Assembly (NCBI GenBank): GCA_041391125.1
Contig: JAWKON010000042.1
Location: 3,154 to 67,153, forward strand
Length of the DNA: 64,000 bases
Direction: 5' to 3'
DNA from: Caldilineaceae bacterium
GTDB taxonomy: Bacteria > Chloroflexota > Anaerolineae > Caldilineales > Caldilineaceae
Below the pieces are notes generated by a model that worked only from the letters and a program-made list of their open reading frames with translations, was not told the DNA's origin and did no database searches. The position numbers and the translations under genes are program-made. Positions 28,997-39,406 of the stretch are shown piece after piece (position 1 is the first letter of the stretch; every line of letters begins with the position of its first letter).

Positions 28997-29735
28997 ATGT
29001 TCGTGATCGAGAAGTTTTCAATTCGCTATATAGCCACTTTCCTTTCGATTTTACTGTTTAGCTGGCTGGTTTCAGCGTGCGCCGGTGGTCAGTCGGCGCC
29101 AGCAGAAAGCGCTGGTGAATCTGCGAGCGCACCCGTGCAAGAGGCTGCCGAAGCGCCCGCCCAAAATCAAGTCGCCGACGTTGCAATTGGCAACGCCAAA
29201 ACGTTCCAAATTGTCCAAGACGGCACCGAAGCCCGCTTTTACATTGACGAAGTGCTCATGGGCAAGGACAAAACAGTCATTGGCGTCACCTCCCTGGTCG
29301 AAGGCGAGCTGACCGTGGACCCCGCCAACCCCAGCAGCGCCCAGATTGGCGCCATTCGCATTGACGCCCGCGATCTGACCACCGACAGTGGTCAACGCAA
29401 CGGCGCCATCCGCCGCTTTATTTTGCAGTCCAATCAGGATCAATATCAGTACATCACCTTTGAACCCACGGCCATTGCGGGCATGCCCGCCGCCGTCAAC
29501 GTGGGCGACACCTTTGAATTTAGCGTCACCGGCAACCTGACCATTCGCGACGTCACGCAGCCGGAAACATTCGCTGTCTCCGTCACGGTCAATTCTGAGA
29601 ATGAATTGGTCGGCCTGGGCAAAACCACCATCCAGCGCGCCGACTTCAACCTGACCATCCCCAGCGTGCCTTCGGTGGCCAATGTGGCCGAGGAAGTGCC
29701 GTTGGAGATTGAATTTACGGCGTGCAGAGCAGTAG
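28997..29735 (+). CDS. YceI-family lipoprotein (polyisoprenoid-binding)
   Basis: Lipoprotein signal (LVSAC), then the YceI core (EARFYIDEVL..., GELTVD, DARDLTTDSGQRNGAIRRFIL, GNLTIRDVTQP, DFNLTIPSV). The frame has no stop before 30274. A TAG at 29733-29735 in the +1 frame suggests a 1-nt indel near 29720. Confidence 0.7.
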
Positions 29736-29800
29736 AGGGGTGGAGGGTAGAGGGGAGATCGTCTGGCGACCTTCACTCCTCCACCCCTCTACTCCTCCAC
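29730..29800. repeat. word hairpin, family AGAGGGGTGGAGG
   Basis: agtagaggggtggagggtagagggga ... tcactcctccacccctctactcctccac. Confidence 0.8.
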
Positions 29801-29818
29801 TTTTTCCCGAAACAAAAT

Positions 29819-31163
29819 ATGAAACAAATCAAACTCTTTTCCCTCGTCTCCCTGTGCAGCTTGCTTTTACCATGCTGCCAGGGGCCACGGTGCATGCGCA
29901 GACGGCTGTCCAGAGTGCGCCAGCAGCGTGATTGTGCAGCCGGGCGATACGCTTTCCATCATTGCGGGCGACTATCTGGGCAACCAGACAGCCTATGCGC
30001 GTATTGTGGCGGCCACCAATGCCAAGGCGGAGACCGACCCCACTTACGCCACCATCACCAATCCCAACGTGTTGGTGGTGGGCTGGCGCTTGTGCATCCC
30101 CAACGGAGGGCAAACTGCGGCCAGCGCGCCCGCGGCATCAACCGGCGGCGCCGCGGCTTCGGCCAACGCCGAAACGGTCACCAGTTCTGCGGCCCCGCAA
30201 CCCATTGCGCCTGCGGCCACGCCGGAACCGCTGGTGCAACTCGCCCCCGGAGAGCTACATCCGCTGACCATTGAGCGCATGCGCCAGGAAAGCTATCCCG
30301 GCAGCGACATCGTGATCGAGCAGGTGCTGGATGCGGGCGTCAATTATGACCGCTACCTGGCTTCGTATCTTTCCGAAGGCAACAAAATCTACGCCATGCT
30401 AACCGTGCCGCGCGGCGAAAAGCCGGCCAGCGGCTGGCCCGTGATCATCTTCAACCACGGCTTTATTCCGCCCGAAATCTATCGCACCACCGAGCGCTAT
30501 GTGGCCTATTTGGATGCCTTTGCCCGCAATGGCTATATTGTCTTGAAGTCGGATTACCGCGGCCACGGCTTTTCCGAAGGTGAGGCCACCGGCGGTTACG
30601 CCACGCCCGCCTACACCGTCGATGTGCTCAACGCCGTCTCGTCGATCAAGCGCTATGCCGCCGCCGACCCCAACCGCATTGGCATGTGGGGGCACTCCAT
30701 GGGCGGGCAGATTACGCTGCGCGCCATGGTCGTCACCAAAGACATTAAAGCCGGCGTCATTTGGGGCGGCGTGGTGGCTTCATACCCGGATTTGCTGGAA
30801 CGGTGGCGGCGACGCAACAACGACACGCCGCCGCCCACCACCACCAATCGCTCGCGGCGCTGGCGTGAGGAGCTGACCGAGCAATTTGGCGCCCCGGCAG
30901 AAAATCCCGCCTTCTGGGCCTCCATTTCGCCCAACAGCTACCTGACCGATCTCTCCGGTCCCATCCAGTTGCATCACAGCACGCTGGATGAAAGCGTGCC
31001 GGTGGAACTTTCGCAACTCCTGCGCGATGAAATTTTGGCCGTCAATGGCACAGTCGAATATTACGAATACGCCGGTGATAACCACAACATCTCGGTCAAC
31101 TTCAACACGGCGGCTGCCCGCTCGGTGGCGTTTTTTGACCGGTATGTGAAGGGGATTCAATAG
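29819..31163 (+). CDS. secreted LysM-domain alpha/beta hydrolase (S9 peptidase / dienelactone-hydrolase-like); two frame shifts in the first 40 codons
   Basis: The signal peptide MKQIKLFSLVSLCSL..(frame change)..FTMLPGATVHAQ is followed by LysM (IVQPGDTLSIIAGDY) and a hydrolase core with GMWGHSMGG (nucleophile elbow). Main ORF 29928-31163. Confidence 0.7.
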
Positions 31164-31282
31164 TGAGTATTGCGTATTGCGTATTGAGTATTGCGTATTG
31201 AGTGTTGAGTAGTCCGCTAGAGAATCTTGTTTCGATATGAGTTACTCTGCCCGAATACTCAACACTCAATACTCGATACGCT
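31164..31282. repeat. word hairpin, family GTATTGCGTATTGAG
   Basis: gagtattgcgtattgcgtattgagtattgcgtattgagtgttgagtag ... gaatactcaacactcaatactcgatacgc. Confidence 0.85.
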
Positions 31283-31317
31283 ACACTTCCCACAAATTCT
31301 TAATCAAGGAGAACCAC

Positions 31318-32292
31318 ATGAAAGAAATCCAAACTTTCCGCAAGTATTTGATCGAAGAGTTTTATGAGGATTATCGTGAGGGGGAGATCAGCCGCCGCAC
31401 CTGTATTCGCCGGGTGGCCTTTTTGACGGGCAGCATGGCGGCCGCCGCCACGGCCATGACGGCGGTGGGCTGCGCGCCGCTGGAATTACCCGCCGCCACG
31501 GAGCCCATGCCCACCGCCACCCCACCGGCAGAAGAAGAAGCCGCGGCCGGCGGCCTCATGCCGGTGGAGGGCGCCCAGAGCCCATTGAGCGTGCCCGAAG
31601 GCGACCCGGACGTGATCTCTGGCATGGTCACCTTTATGAATGGCAGCGATGAGATCATGGCCTATCAGGCGCGGCCGGCTGCCGATGGCGTCTATCCGGC
31701 GATCCTGGTTTGCCACGAGAACCGCGGGCTCAATCCGCACATTGCGGACGTGGCCCGGCGCTTTGCCAAGAATGGTTACGCGGCATTGGCGCTAGACCTG
31801 CTCTCGCGCGAGGGCGGCACCTCTACCCATGATCGCGATGCGGTGCCGGCGCTGTTGACCGATGCCGGCGCCGACCGCCACGTGAGCGATTTCCTGGCGG
31901 CGGCGGACTATCTGCAAACGCTCGACTTTGTGGATGGCGAGCGGCTGGGCATGATCGGCTTCTGCTTTGGCGGCGGCATTACGTGGCGCGTGGCCACGGC
32001 GCTGCCCACGCTCAAGGCGGCAGTCCCCTTCTACGGCCCGGCGCCCGATCTGAGCCAGGTTCCCAATATAAAAGCGGCTGTACTGGGCGTCTATGCCGAA
32101 CTGGACGAACGTATTGGCGCCGGCGTGCCCGATTTGCAGGCGGCGCTGGATGCGGCGGGTACGAATTATCAGATCAACGTATATCCCGGCGTCAACCACG
32201 CTTTCCACAACGACACCGGTGAGCGCTACGTGGAAGAGCAAGCCACTCAGGCCTGGATGGATGCTCTGGCTTGGTTTGCTGAATATGTGTAA
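31318..32292 (+). CDS. dienelactone hydrolase family protein with N-terminal anchor/signal
   Basis: AAGGAG RBS. The RR-containing N-terminus has a hydrophobic stretch ending in GCA. DLH core: PAILVCHENRGL, GMIGFCFGG, GVNHAFHND. Confidence 0.85.
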   Translation: MKEIQTFRKYLIEEFYEDYREGEISRRTCIRRVAFLTGSMAAAATAMTAVGCAPLELPAATEPMPTATPPAEEEAAAGGLMPVEGAQSPLSVPEGDPDVISGMVTFMNGSDEIMAYQARPAADGVYPAILVCHENRGLNPHIADVARRFAKNGYAALALDLLSREGGTSTHDRDAVPALLTDAGADRHVSDFLAAADYLQTLDFVDGERLGMIGFCFGGGITWRVATALPTLKAAVPFYGPAPDLSQVPNIKAAVLGVYAELDERIGAGVPDLQAALDAAGTNYQINVYPGVNHAFHNDTGERYVEEQATQAWMDALAWFAEYV

Positions 32293-32586
32293 GGCCATTG
32301 TAGAAAAATAATTGCGCCGTCTATGCGTGTTGCGTGTACCGCTCGAGCAGTTTGTTCGTAAGGGTGTGGTTGTTTCGTTAACATGACCCAAAATGATAGC
32401 CATAAATGCAAAAGGCGCCGAGATCGCAAGCGAACACGGCGCCTATTGCATTTATGGCCGGGTTGGCAGCCAGTGCGTTTTAGTTTGGAGGACATCTCGG
32501 AGGAAAAGAGCAAGCTGTGGTAATGTAAAAGAGAGGATCTGCGGTTCCTAGCAACCATCAATTCATCCAGGTGAGGAGCACCCACA

Positions 32587-33423
32587 ATGTCGCACAAACC
32601 AACCGATTTGGAAATATTTCTCTTTGACCTGCGCGGCTACATCGTGCTGAAAAACGCCCTTTCGGCTGCGGAAGTGGCGGAGATCAACGCCGGGCTGGAC
32701 GCCATCCCGCCGCTCAAAAAGGGCGAATGGTACGGCTATGTCCACGGCCACTCGTTTGGCCCCAAGGATGGCTTGAACTATCAGCAGATCTATGAGGCGG
32801 GCGAGCCGTTTGAAAAGCTCATCGATCATCCATCGTGGATCGAAAAAGTGAAGCACTTTGTGGGTGGCGCAGGCACCTTTGATTACAATCACGGGCCGCT
32901 CTTTATTGACGAAAACTTTGCCAACTTCCGCGAACCGGGCGAGGCCATTGGCATCCATTCGGGCGGCCACACCCACACCAAGCGCACCCAATTTCAGCAC
33001 GTGGACGGCAAATTCCACTGTGGCCAGATCAACATCCTCATGGCGCTGACGCCTATGGGACCGGGCGACGGCGCCACCATGGTCATCCCCGGCTCGCACA
33101 AATCCAACTATGCGCATCCGCACCTGGCCGGCCACACCATTGGTGAAGGCGGCTCGGTAGACGGCATCGAAGGCGCCGTCGAAGTCAACATGGAGACGGG
33201 CGACGCGCTGCTCTTTGTGGACGCCATTTGTCACGGCTCGGCCCGCCGCAGCAATCCAGGCGTGCGGCGCACCCTTGTCTATCGCTACGGTCCCTCCTGG
33301 GGCAACTTCCGCCACGGCTACCAGCCTTCGCCCGCACTGCTGGCCCGCTTGACGCCCGCGCGGCGTCAGATCGTGCAGCCCCAGCGCCTGATCCCGCGCG
33401 AACCACAGGTGGCCGCACCATGA
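32587..33423 (+). CDS. phytanoyl-CoA dioxygenase (PhyH)-family oxygenase
   Basis: FLFDLRGYIVLKNALS, IHSGGH..., MVIPGSHKSN and CHGSARR. The stop overlaps the next start (ATGA at 33420-33423). Confidence 0.8.
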   Translation: MSHKPTDLEIFLFDLRGYIVLKNALSAAEVAEINAGLDAIPPLKKGEWYGYVHGHSFGPKDGLNYQQIYEAGEPFEKLIDHPSWIEKVKHFVGGAGTFDYNHGPLFIDENFANFREPGEAIGIHSGGHTHTKRTQFQHVDGKFHCGQINILMALTPMGPGDGATMVIPGSHKSNYAHPHLAGHTIGEGGSVDGIEGAVEVNMETGDALLFVDAICHGSARRSNPGVRRTLVYRYGPSWGNFRHGYQPSPALLARLTPARRQIVQPQRLIPREPQVAAP

Positions 33424-34176
33424 ACTCATCCACCACCAAGCTTGATGCAGTCCAAGCCCTTCTCTTCGATGTCTTCGGCACCGTGACCGACTGGCGCAGC
33501 ACCATCATCCGCGCAGGGTCAACAGTGGGGACGGGAGAAAGGGCTTACCGTAGATTGGGTCCAGTTTGCCGACGCCTGGCGTGCGGGCTACGCCCCGGCC
33601 ATGCAGCGCGTGCGCCGCGGCGATCTACCGTGGATGAACATCGACGCGCTGCACCGCTTGATCCTGGAAGATTTGCTGGTCCAATTCAACATCCGCGGGC
33701 TGAGCGAAGACGAAAAGGCGCACATGAACCGGGTCTGGCACCGGCTCGATCCGTGGCCCGACGCGCGCAGCGGATTGGCGCGACTGCGCCAGCGCTTCAT
33801 CGTGGCGCCGCTCTCCAACGGCAACCTGGCCCTGCTGACCAACATGGCCAAACAGGCCGACTTGCGCTGGGACTGCATCCTCTCCGCCGAGCTGGCTCAC
33901 CACTACAAGCCCGACCCGGAAGCCTATTTGACTGCCGTGCAATTGCTTGGCCTACAGCCGGAGCAGGTCATGATGGTGGCTGCGCATAACGGCGATCTGC
34001 TGGCGGCGCAGGCGCTTGGTTTGCGCACGGCCTTTGTCTATCGCCGGCAAGAATACGGCCCCAACCAGACCACCGATTTGGTACCGGCCGCCCCCATTGA
34101 TGTTGTGGCGCAGGATTTTAATCATTTGGCGGACATATTGGCAATTGAACTTTGTGTCAAAGTCAACAGTTTTTAG
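33420..34176 (+). pseudogene. type II haloacid dehalogenase-like HAD hydrolase, frame shift near 33510-33590
   Basis: ALLFDVFGTVTDWRS (DxxGT motif) lies in ORF 33228-33989. The rest (WHRLDPWPD, APLSNGN, SAELAHHYKPDPEAY, MVAAHNGDL) lies in ORF 33601-34176. Confidence 0.75.
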
Positions 34177-34227
34177 TGCTCAGTTCCCAGGGAAAACTTC
34201 TAGACTGCCCACTGAAAACTGAGCACT
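34175..34227 (+). terminator. 11-bp stem hairpin overlapping the HAD stop codon
   Basis: agtgctcagtt (34175-34185) pairs with aactgagcact (34217-34227) across a 31-nt loop. It has no U-tract, so this is a weak terminator call. Confidence 0.3.
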
Positions 34228-34372
34228 GTTCACTGCTAACTTAACGACATTGGGTGTACACTCCATCATCTCATTTTGTCCATCCTCCCAAATCCATTAA
34301 AATGAAGCACATTGTAATGCAACCGTTTGCGTAGTTGCCATTTTCCGTTATTTTGAGAAGGAGCACTCATCC

Positions 34373-36952
34373 ATGAAATTTATTGGAAAACTTTCCGTTT
34401 TACCCAAGTTGCCGGAACCAATCCAGCGCCTGGAAGAGCTTGCGTACAATCTTTGGTGGAGCTGGGAGCCAGATGCGCAGGCGCTATACGCCCAGATCGA
34501 CCCCGCGGTATGGGAAGCTGTGAATCACAATCCGGTAAAGCTTTTGCGTCGTGTACAGCAAGGCAAACTGGACGCCGCGGCTCAAGATGCGGCTTTTTTG
34601 CAAGCGTACGAAAGCGTATTGGCGCGATTTGACGCCTATATGAACGCCGACGATGTCTGGTTTGCCGCTACCTATCCCAACAAAGGGCGCGAATTGATTG
34701 CGTACTTTAGCGCTGAATTTGGGCTGCACGAGGCGCTGCCAATTTACAGCGGCGGTTTGGGCATTTTGAGCGGCGATCACTGCAAGGCGGCCAGCGATTT
34801 GGGTCTGCCCTTTGTGGGCGTCGGTTTTCTCTATCCGCAGGGCTATTTTACGCAGCATATTGACATTGAAGGGCGGCAGCAGGCTCAATATGAAAAAGCC
34901 GACTTGAGTGAAGTTCCCGCCACCCCCACTGTCGATAAGAACGGCGCGCCCATTTTAATCCAGGTGGATATGCCCGGACGTACGGTCTATGCGAAAATCT
35001 GGCGCATTCAGGTGGGACGCATCGCGATTTTCTTGATGGATACCGATGTGGAGCGCAACGCCCCGCAGGATCGCGAGCTGAGCGCCCGGCTCTACGGCGG
35101 CGACCGCGAGCTGCGCATCAGCCAGGAGGTGGTGTTGGGCATTGGCGGCGTGCGCGCGCTGCGCGCCTTGCAGGCCGCAGGCATCATCGACAAGGCGCCC
35201 ACGGTTTGGCACATGAATGAGGGACACAGCGCCTTTTTGGGTCTGGAGCGCGTGCGCGAGCTGGTGCAGGGCAGCGGGCTCTCTTTTGACGAGGCGGTGG
35301 AGGCGGTGCGCGCCGATTCGCTCTTTACCACGCACACGCCGGTGCCGGCGGGCAACGACGCCTTTGCCTTTGAGCTGGTGGAGAAATTCTTTTGGCAATA
35401 TTGGGGCCAACTGGGCATCGACCGCGATGGGTTTATCAACTTTGCCCGCCAGGAGCTGGATTGGGGACCGCAGTACAGCATGACCGTGCTGGCCATCAGG
35501 CTGAGTGCGTATCAGAATGGCGTGAGCAAGCTGCACGGCGAAGTGAGCCGCGACATGTGGAAATTCCTGTGGCCGGATACGCCGGCCGTGCAGACGCCCA
35601 TTGGCCACATCACCAACGGCGTCCACGTCAAAACCTGGCTGGCGGCGGAGCTGCGTGAATTGTACGACCGGCATTTGGCGCCCAATTGGCTGGATGATGT
35701 GGACGATCCCAACATTTGGGCGGCGGCCCAATCGTTGCCCGACGGTGAACTATGGCTTGTGCATCAGGAGCGCAAGCAGAAGCTGGTGCAACTGGTGCGG
35801 CAGCGCGTGGCGCGCCAATTTTTGCAACACGGTGAGGGTCCACAACGCATAGACGCCGCCCAACATCTGCTCAATCCGGACGCGCTGACTATTGGTTTTG
35901 CCCGGCGCTTTGCCACCTATAAGCGCGCTACGCTGCTCTTCCGGGACGAGGAGCGGCTGCGGCGGCTGCTCAATGACCCCGAGCGTCCGGTGCAGATCAT
36001 CTTTAGCGGCAAAGCGCATCCGGCCGACGAGCCGGGCAAAGGGCTGATCCAGCACATTTATCACATGAGCCAGCGGCCCGAATTTTGGGGCAAAATTGTC
36101 TTTGTGGAAAATTACGACATGAATATCGCCCGCCACCTGATTGCGGGCGTGGACGTGTGGCTCAACAATCCGCGGCGCCCGCATGAGGCCAGCGGCACCA
36201 GCGGCCAAAAAGCCGCGCTCAGCGGCATCCCCAACTTTAGCGTACTGGACGGCTGGTGGGTCGAAGGTTATGTGGGCGACAAAGAAAACCGCAACGGCTG
36301 GTCGATTGGCGAAGAACGGGCCTACAAGGACGAAGAAACCCAGGATCAGGCGGACGTGCTGCATCTTTACGCCACGCTGGAAAATGAGATCATCCCGGCC
36401 TATTTTGAACGCAACGAAGCGAGCGTGCCGGAAAAGTGGCTCACCATCATGAAGAACTCCATCCGCACCTGCACGCCGCAGTTCAGCATGCAGCGCATGG
36501 TGAAAGAATATACCACCACCTATTATTTGTCCGCCATGCAAAGCGGCGCCCAATATCACGATGAGAGCTTCGCCACGGCGCGCACCATGTCGGCCTGGAA
36601 AAATCGCATGCGCCAAAGCTGGGGCAGCGTGCGCGTGGAATCGGTGGCGCCCCAGCTGATGCAGATTCAGACCGGCCAGGCCATTGAGCTAAGCGCGCGT
36701 GTCTGGCTCAACGGCGCCGCGCAGGACGAAGTGGCGCTGGAGATCATCGCCGGTCAGCAGAACGAACAGGGCGAGCTGACCGCGCCCACCGTGGCGCCCA
36801 TGACGGCGGTCTCGACGCAAGACGGTGCGCTGGTCTATCGCGGCCAGCTTCAGCCTACGGACAGCGGGCAGCTGGTGGTGGGCATTCGCGCCCGCCCGCA
36901 AAATGAGCACTTGATCAACCGCTACGAAACCGGCCTCAACCGCTGGGCATAA
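34373..36952 (+). CDS. glgP: alpha-glucan (glycogen/maltodextrin) phosphorylase, GT35 'alpha-glucan family' type
   Basis: 859 aa, intact. It has the N-terminal DUF3417-type segment (LPEPI.RLEELAYNLWWSW), SGGLGILSGDH and EASGTSGQKAA (PLP-Lys region). Confidence 0.9.
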   Translation: MKFIGKLSVLPKLPEPIQRLEELAYNLWWSWEPDAQALYAQIDPAVWEAVNHNPVKLLRRVQQGKLDAAAQDAAFLQAYESVLARFDAYMNADDVWFAATYPNKGRELIAYFSAEFGLHEALPIYSGGLGILSGDHCKAASDLGLPFVGVGFLYPQGYFTQHIDIEGRQQAQYEKADLSEVPATPTVDKNGAPILIQVDMPGRTVYAKIWRIQVGRIAIFLMDTDVERNAPQDRELSARLYGGDRELRISQEVVLGIGGVRALRALQAAGIIDKAPTVWHMNEGHSAFLGLERVRELVQGSGLSFDEAVEAVRADSLFTTHTPVPAGNDAFAFELVEKFFWQYWGQLGIDRDGFINFARQELDWGPQYSMTVLAIRLSAYQNGVSKLHGEVSRDMWKFLWPDTPAVQTPIGHITNGVHVKTWLAAELRELYDRHLAPNWLDDVDDPNIWAAAQSLPDGELWLVHQERKQKLVQLVRQRVARQFLQHGEGPQRIDAAQHLLNPDALTIGFARRFATYKRATLLFRDEERLRRLLNDPERPVQIIFSGKAHPADEPGKGLIQHIYHMSQRPEFWGKIVFVENYDMNIARHLIAGVDVWLNNPRRPHEASGTSGQKAALSGIPNFSVLDGWWVEGYVGDKENRNGWSIGEERAYKDEETQDQADVLHLYATLENEIIPAYFERNEASVPEKWLTIMKNSIRTCTPQFSMQRMVKEYTTTYYLSAMQSGAQYHDESFATARTMSAWKNRMRQSWGSVRVESVAPQLMQIQTGQAIELSARVWLNGAAQDEVALEIIAGQQNEQGELTAPTVAPMTAVSTQDGALVYRGQLQPTDSGQLVVGIRARPQNEHLINRYETGLNRWA

Positions 36953-36984
36953 AATAAACGCAACTACGCCGGCCAAGTACGAGC

Positions 36985-37123
36985 GAACGGTGGTTGAGTA
37001 GCCTGGGCAGTATCAGGCGTATCGAAACCCAAGTGAGCGGGACGAGCCCGTTTGGCTTCGGCGTGAGCTCAGTCGAACGGTTTCGATACGGCCAAAAACA
37101 GCCCTGGCCTACTCAACCGGCGC
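36985..37123. repeat. palindromic element, full and nearly perfect copy
   Basis: ggtggttgagtagcctgggcag...ggcgtatcgaaaccc ... ggtttcgatacggcc...ctggcctactcaaccggcgcc. Confidence 0.9.
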
Positions 37124-37254
37124 CAACTGCGTATAAAGAATAGCATCATTTGGGCAAGTTTGACATTGCGCCCAAATGGTGTTATTCTTCTCCACGCGCA
37201 CACGTATGCGCATACCACCCCAATCGCGCAAGCGAAGTCCAAAACGATTCAATC

Positions 37255-37294
37255 AAAATCTGTGTTCATCTTTTAAATCTGTGCAATCTGTGTT
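37255..37294. repeat. CAGATT-family arm upstream of the LacI regulator gene
   Basis: aaaatctgtgttcatcttttaaatctgtgcaatctgtgtt. Confidence 0.7.
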
Positions 37295-37303
37295 CCTTTG
37301 CTT

Positions 37304-38368
37304 ATGGCGAAAAAGCGCATTTCCATTAAGGATATTGCCGAAGTAGCCGGCGTCAGCCACCCCACCGTCAGCCGAGCGCTGCGTGGGCAGGGCCGCATGA
37401 GCGAGAGTACGCGCGAGCGTATTCTGGATGTGGCCAAGGAACTGGGCTATGCGCCGAGCCTGATGGCGCGCGGATTGGTCATGCAGCGCAGCTTTTGCGT
37501 CGGACTGATTGTGCCCACCTTTTTGGACCCATTTCACAGCGAGGTGGCCCAGGGTGTTGAAGAGTGGGCCCGGCGTCATCACTATAGCCTGTTTGTCTCT
37601 AGCACCGATCTAGATCCCAAGCGCGAAATGGAAGTGGCCCATAGTTTTTTAGGCCGCCAGGTCGATGGTATCATTGTGTCATCCAGTTGCGTGGGAGATC
37701 AATATGTGGAGATGTCACGGGAAAGTGATATTCCCATTGTGCTGATCAATCCCCAGACAGACAGTACGCAAATTCACACCGTGGCGCATGATGATTACAG
37801 TGGCGGACTTCTGCTTATGGAGCATCTCATCCAGCAGGGGCATCGCAACATTGCCCACTTGGGCGTCACGACGCAGGGCCGGGCGCACCACGAGCGCAAG
37901 CAGGCCTGGATCGACTCCATGCGCAAAGCAGATCTGTCCCCCAAACTGAGCGTCGATTGCCCCGCCGGCAGCATCAGCGGGGGGATGCGCGGCGGGGCGC
38001 AGCTGTTGCAGAAAGCGCTCGAGATCTGGCAAGCGCCGCCCGATGCCATTTTCTGTTACAACGACGCTGCGGCCATCGGCGTCATCGCCGCCCTACGCGA
38101 CGCCGGGTATGCAGTGCCGGATGCTGTAGCTATTACGGGTTTCGACGATCTGGACATTGCGGCGGCCATCGAGCCAGCGCTAACCACGATTCACCAGCCG
38201 CGGCGCGACATGGGTGTGCTGGCCATGCGCACTTTGCTTTCCTTGATCGACCAAATTCATCCCCAAAAAGACGGCGAGGTGCATAGCGTCTCGCCATCAA
38301 ATGCATCGCAGCTTGAACAGATATCGACTTTAGTCCCAGGACGTATGATAATACGCCGTTCAGCATAA
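37304..38368 (+). CDS. LacI-family transcriptional regulator (likely regulator of the inositol cluster)
   Basis: The HTH is ISIKDIAEVAGVSHPTVSRALRG, followed by a periplasmic-binding-protein-like sugar-binding core. It lies directly upstream of iolC. Confidence 0.9.
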   Translation: MAKKRISIKDIAEVAGVSHPTVSRALRGQGRMSESTRERILDVAKELGYAPSLMARGLVMQRSFCVGLIVPTFLDPFHSEVAQGVEEWARRHHYSLFVSSTDLDPKREMEVAHSFLGRQVDGIIVSSSCVGDQYVEMSRESDIPIVLINPQTDSTQIHTVAHDDYSGGLLLMEHLIQQGHRNIAHLGVTTQGRAHHERKQAWIDSMRKADLSPKLSVDCPAGSISGGMRGGAQLLQKALEIWQAPPDAIFCYNDAAAIGVIAALRDAGYAVPDAVAITGFDDLDIAAAIEPALTTIHQPRRDMGVLAMRTLLSLIDQIHPQKDGEVHSVSPSNASQLEQISTLVPGRMIIRRSA

Positions 38369-38380
38369 AGGACAAGGACT

Positions 38381-39406
38381 ATGACCAACAGAGCCACCAC
38401 TTACGATTCAGTCCATATGGGCCGTTCCTCCATCGATCTTTACAGCAATGATGTGGGCGCCCCTTTTGTCGACATTCAAAGTTTTGCCGCCTATGTGGGC
38501 GGCTCGCCGACCAACATCAGCGTGGGCGGACGGCGTTTAGGTCTCAAGACCGCGCTGATCACCGGTTTGGGTGTGGACCCGGTGGGCGATTTCATATTAA
38601 ACTTCCTCAACAAAGAAGGCGTGGAAACCCAATTCAGCCCACGCAAACCGGGCCACCGCACCAGCGCCGTGGTGCTGGGCATCGAGCCGCCCAACAAGTT
38701 CCCGCTGGTCTATTATCGCGACAACTGCGCCGACATTGAATTGACCATTGATGACGTGCTGGCCGCCCCCATTGCCGACGCCAAAGTTTTCCAATTTGCC
38801 GGCACCAATCTGTGCAAAGAGCCCAGCCGCAGCGCCACCATGTTTGGCGCCGAGCTGGCGCGCCAATCCGGCGTGGACGTGGTTTTCGATGTGGATTTTC
38901 GCCCCGACCAGTGGCACGACCCGCGGGCCTTTGGCGTAGTGGTGCGCTCGATTTTGCACACGGTGGACATTGTGATCGGTACCGAGGACGAGATCAACGC
39001 CGCCATGCTCAAAGACGCCAGCCAAATGTCGCTGACCCACTCGCAAATCTCTGATGCCAAAGTGGCGGGCGACACCCAATCGGCCATTCGCACGCTGCTC
39101 TCTCTGGGTCCCAAAGCCGTCATCGAAAAAGTGGGCGCGCTTGGCTCCCGCGTCCATCTGGCCGACCGCGCTGAACCCATCGAAGCGCCCGGTTATCCAG
39201 TGGAAGTGTACAACATCCTGGGCGCGGGCGATGCTTTTGGCGCCGGTTTTATTTACGGCTACGTCAATGGCTGGGATCTGCGCAAGGCGGCGCGGCTGGG
39301 CAATGCCTGCGGCGCCATTGTCGTGCAGGCCCACGGTTGCGCCAATTTCATGCCCACGCTGGATGAGGTGATGGCGTTTGTGGAGCCTAGGGGAGGATTG
39401 GAGTAA
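38381..39406 (+). CDS. iolC: 5-dehydro-2-deoxygluconokinase (PfkB family)
   Basis: GRSSIDLYSN..G......SF..YVGGSPTNI N-terminus and a GAGDAF.AGF C-terminal PfkB motif, with iol-cluster context. Confidence 0.8.
   Translation: MTNRATTYDSVHMGRSSIDLYSNDVGAPFVDIQSFAAYVGGSPTNISVGGRRLGLKTALITGLGVDPVGDFILNFLNKEGVETQFSPRKPGHRTSAVVLGIEPPNKFPLVYYRDNCADIELTIDDVLAAPIADAKVFQFAGTNLCKEPSRSATMFGAELARQSGVDVVFDVDFRPDQWHDPRAFGVVVRSILHTVDIVIGTEDEINAAMLKDASQMSLTHSQISDAKVAGDTQSAIRTLLSLGPKAVIEKVGALGSRVHLADRAEPIEAPGYPVEVYNILGAGDAFGAGFIYGYVNGWDLRKAARLGNACGAIVVQAHGCANFMPTLDEVMAFVEPRGGLE

Noticed and set aside
28997-30274. A single 425-aa ORF.
   Set aside because: It is a read-through artefact. A YceI domain ends near 29725. 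The ORF then crosses a word hairpin and runs out of frame through the signal peptide and LysM region of the next gene.
37146-37178. Candidate LacI/IolR operator (catttgggc N14 gcccaaatg) upstream of the regulator gene, and a second imperfect palindrome at 37195-37215.
   Set aside because: The spacing and sequence do not resemble the usual 14-20-bp LacI-family operators centred on CG. No second copy is seen before iolC, iolE, iolB or the SBP gene. It cannot be distinguished from the ubiquitous hairpin repeats.
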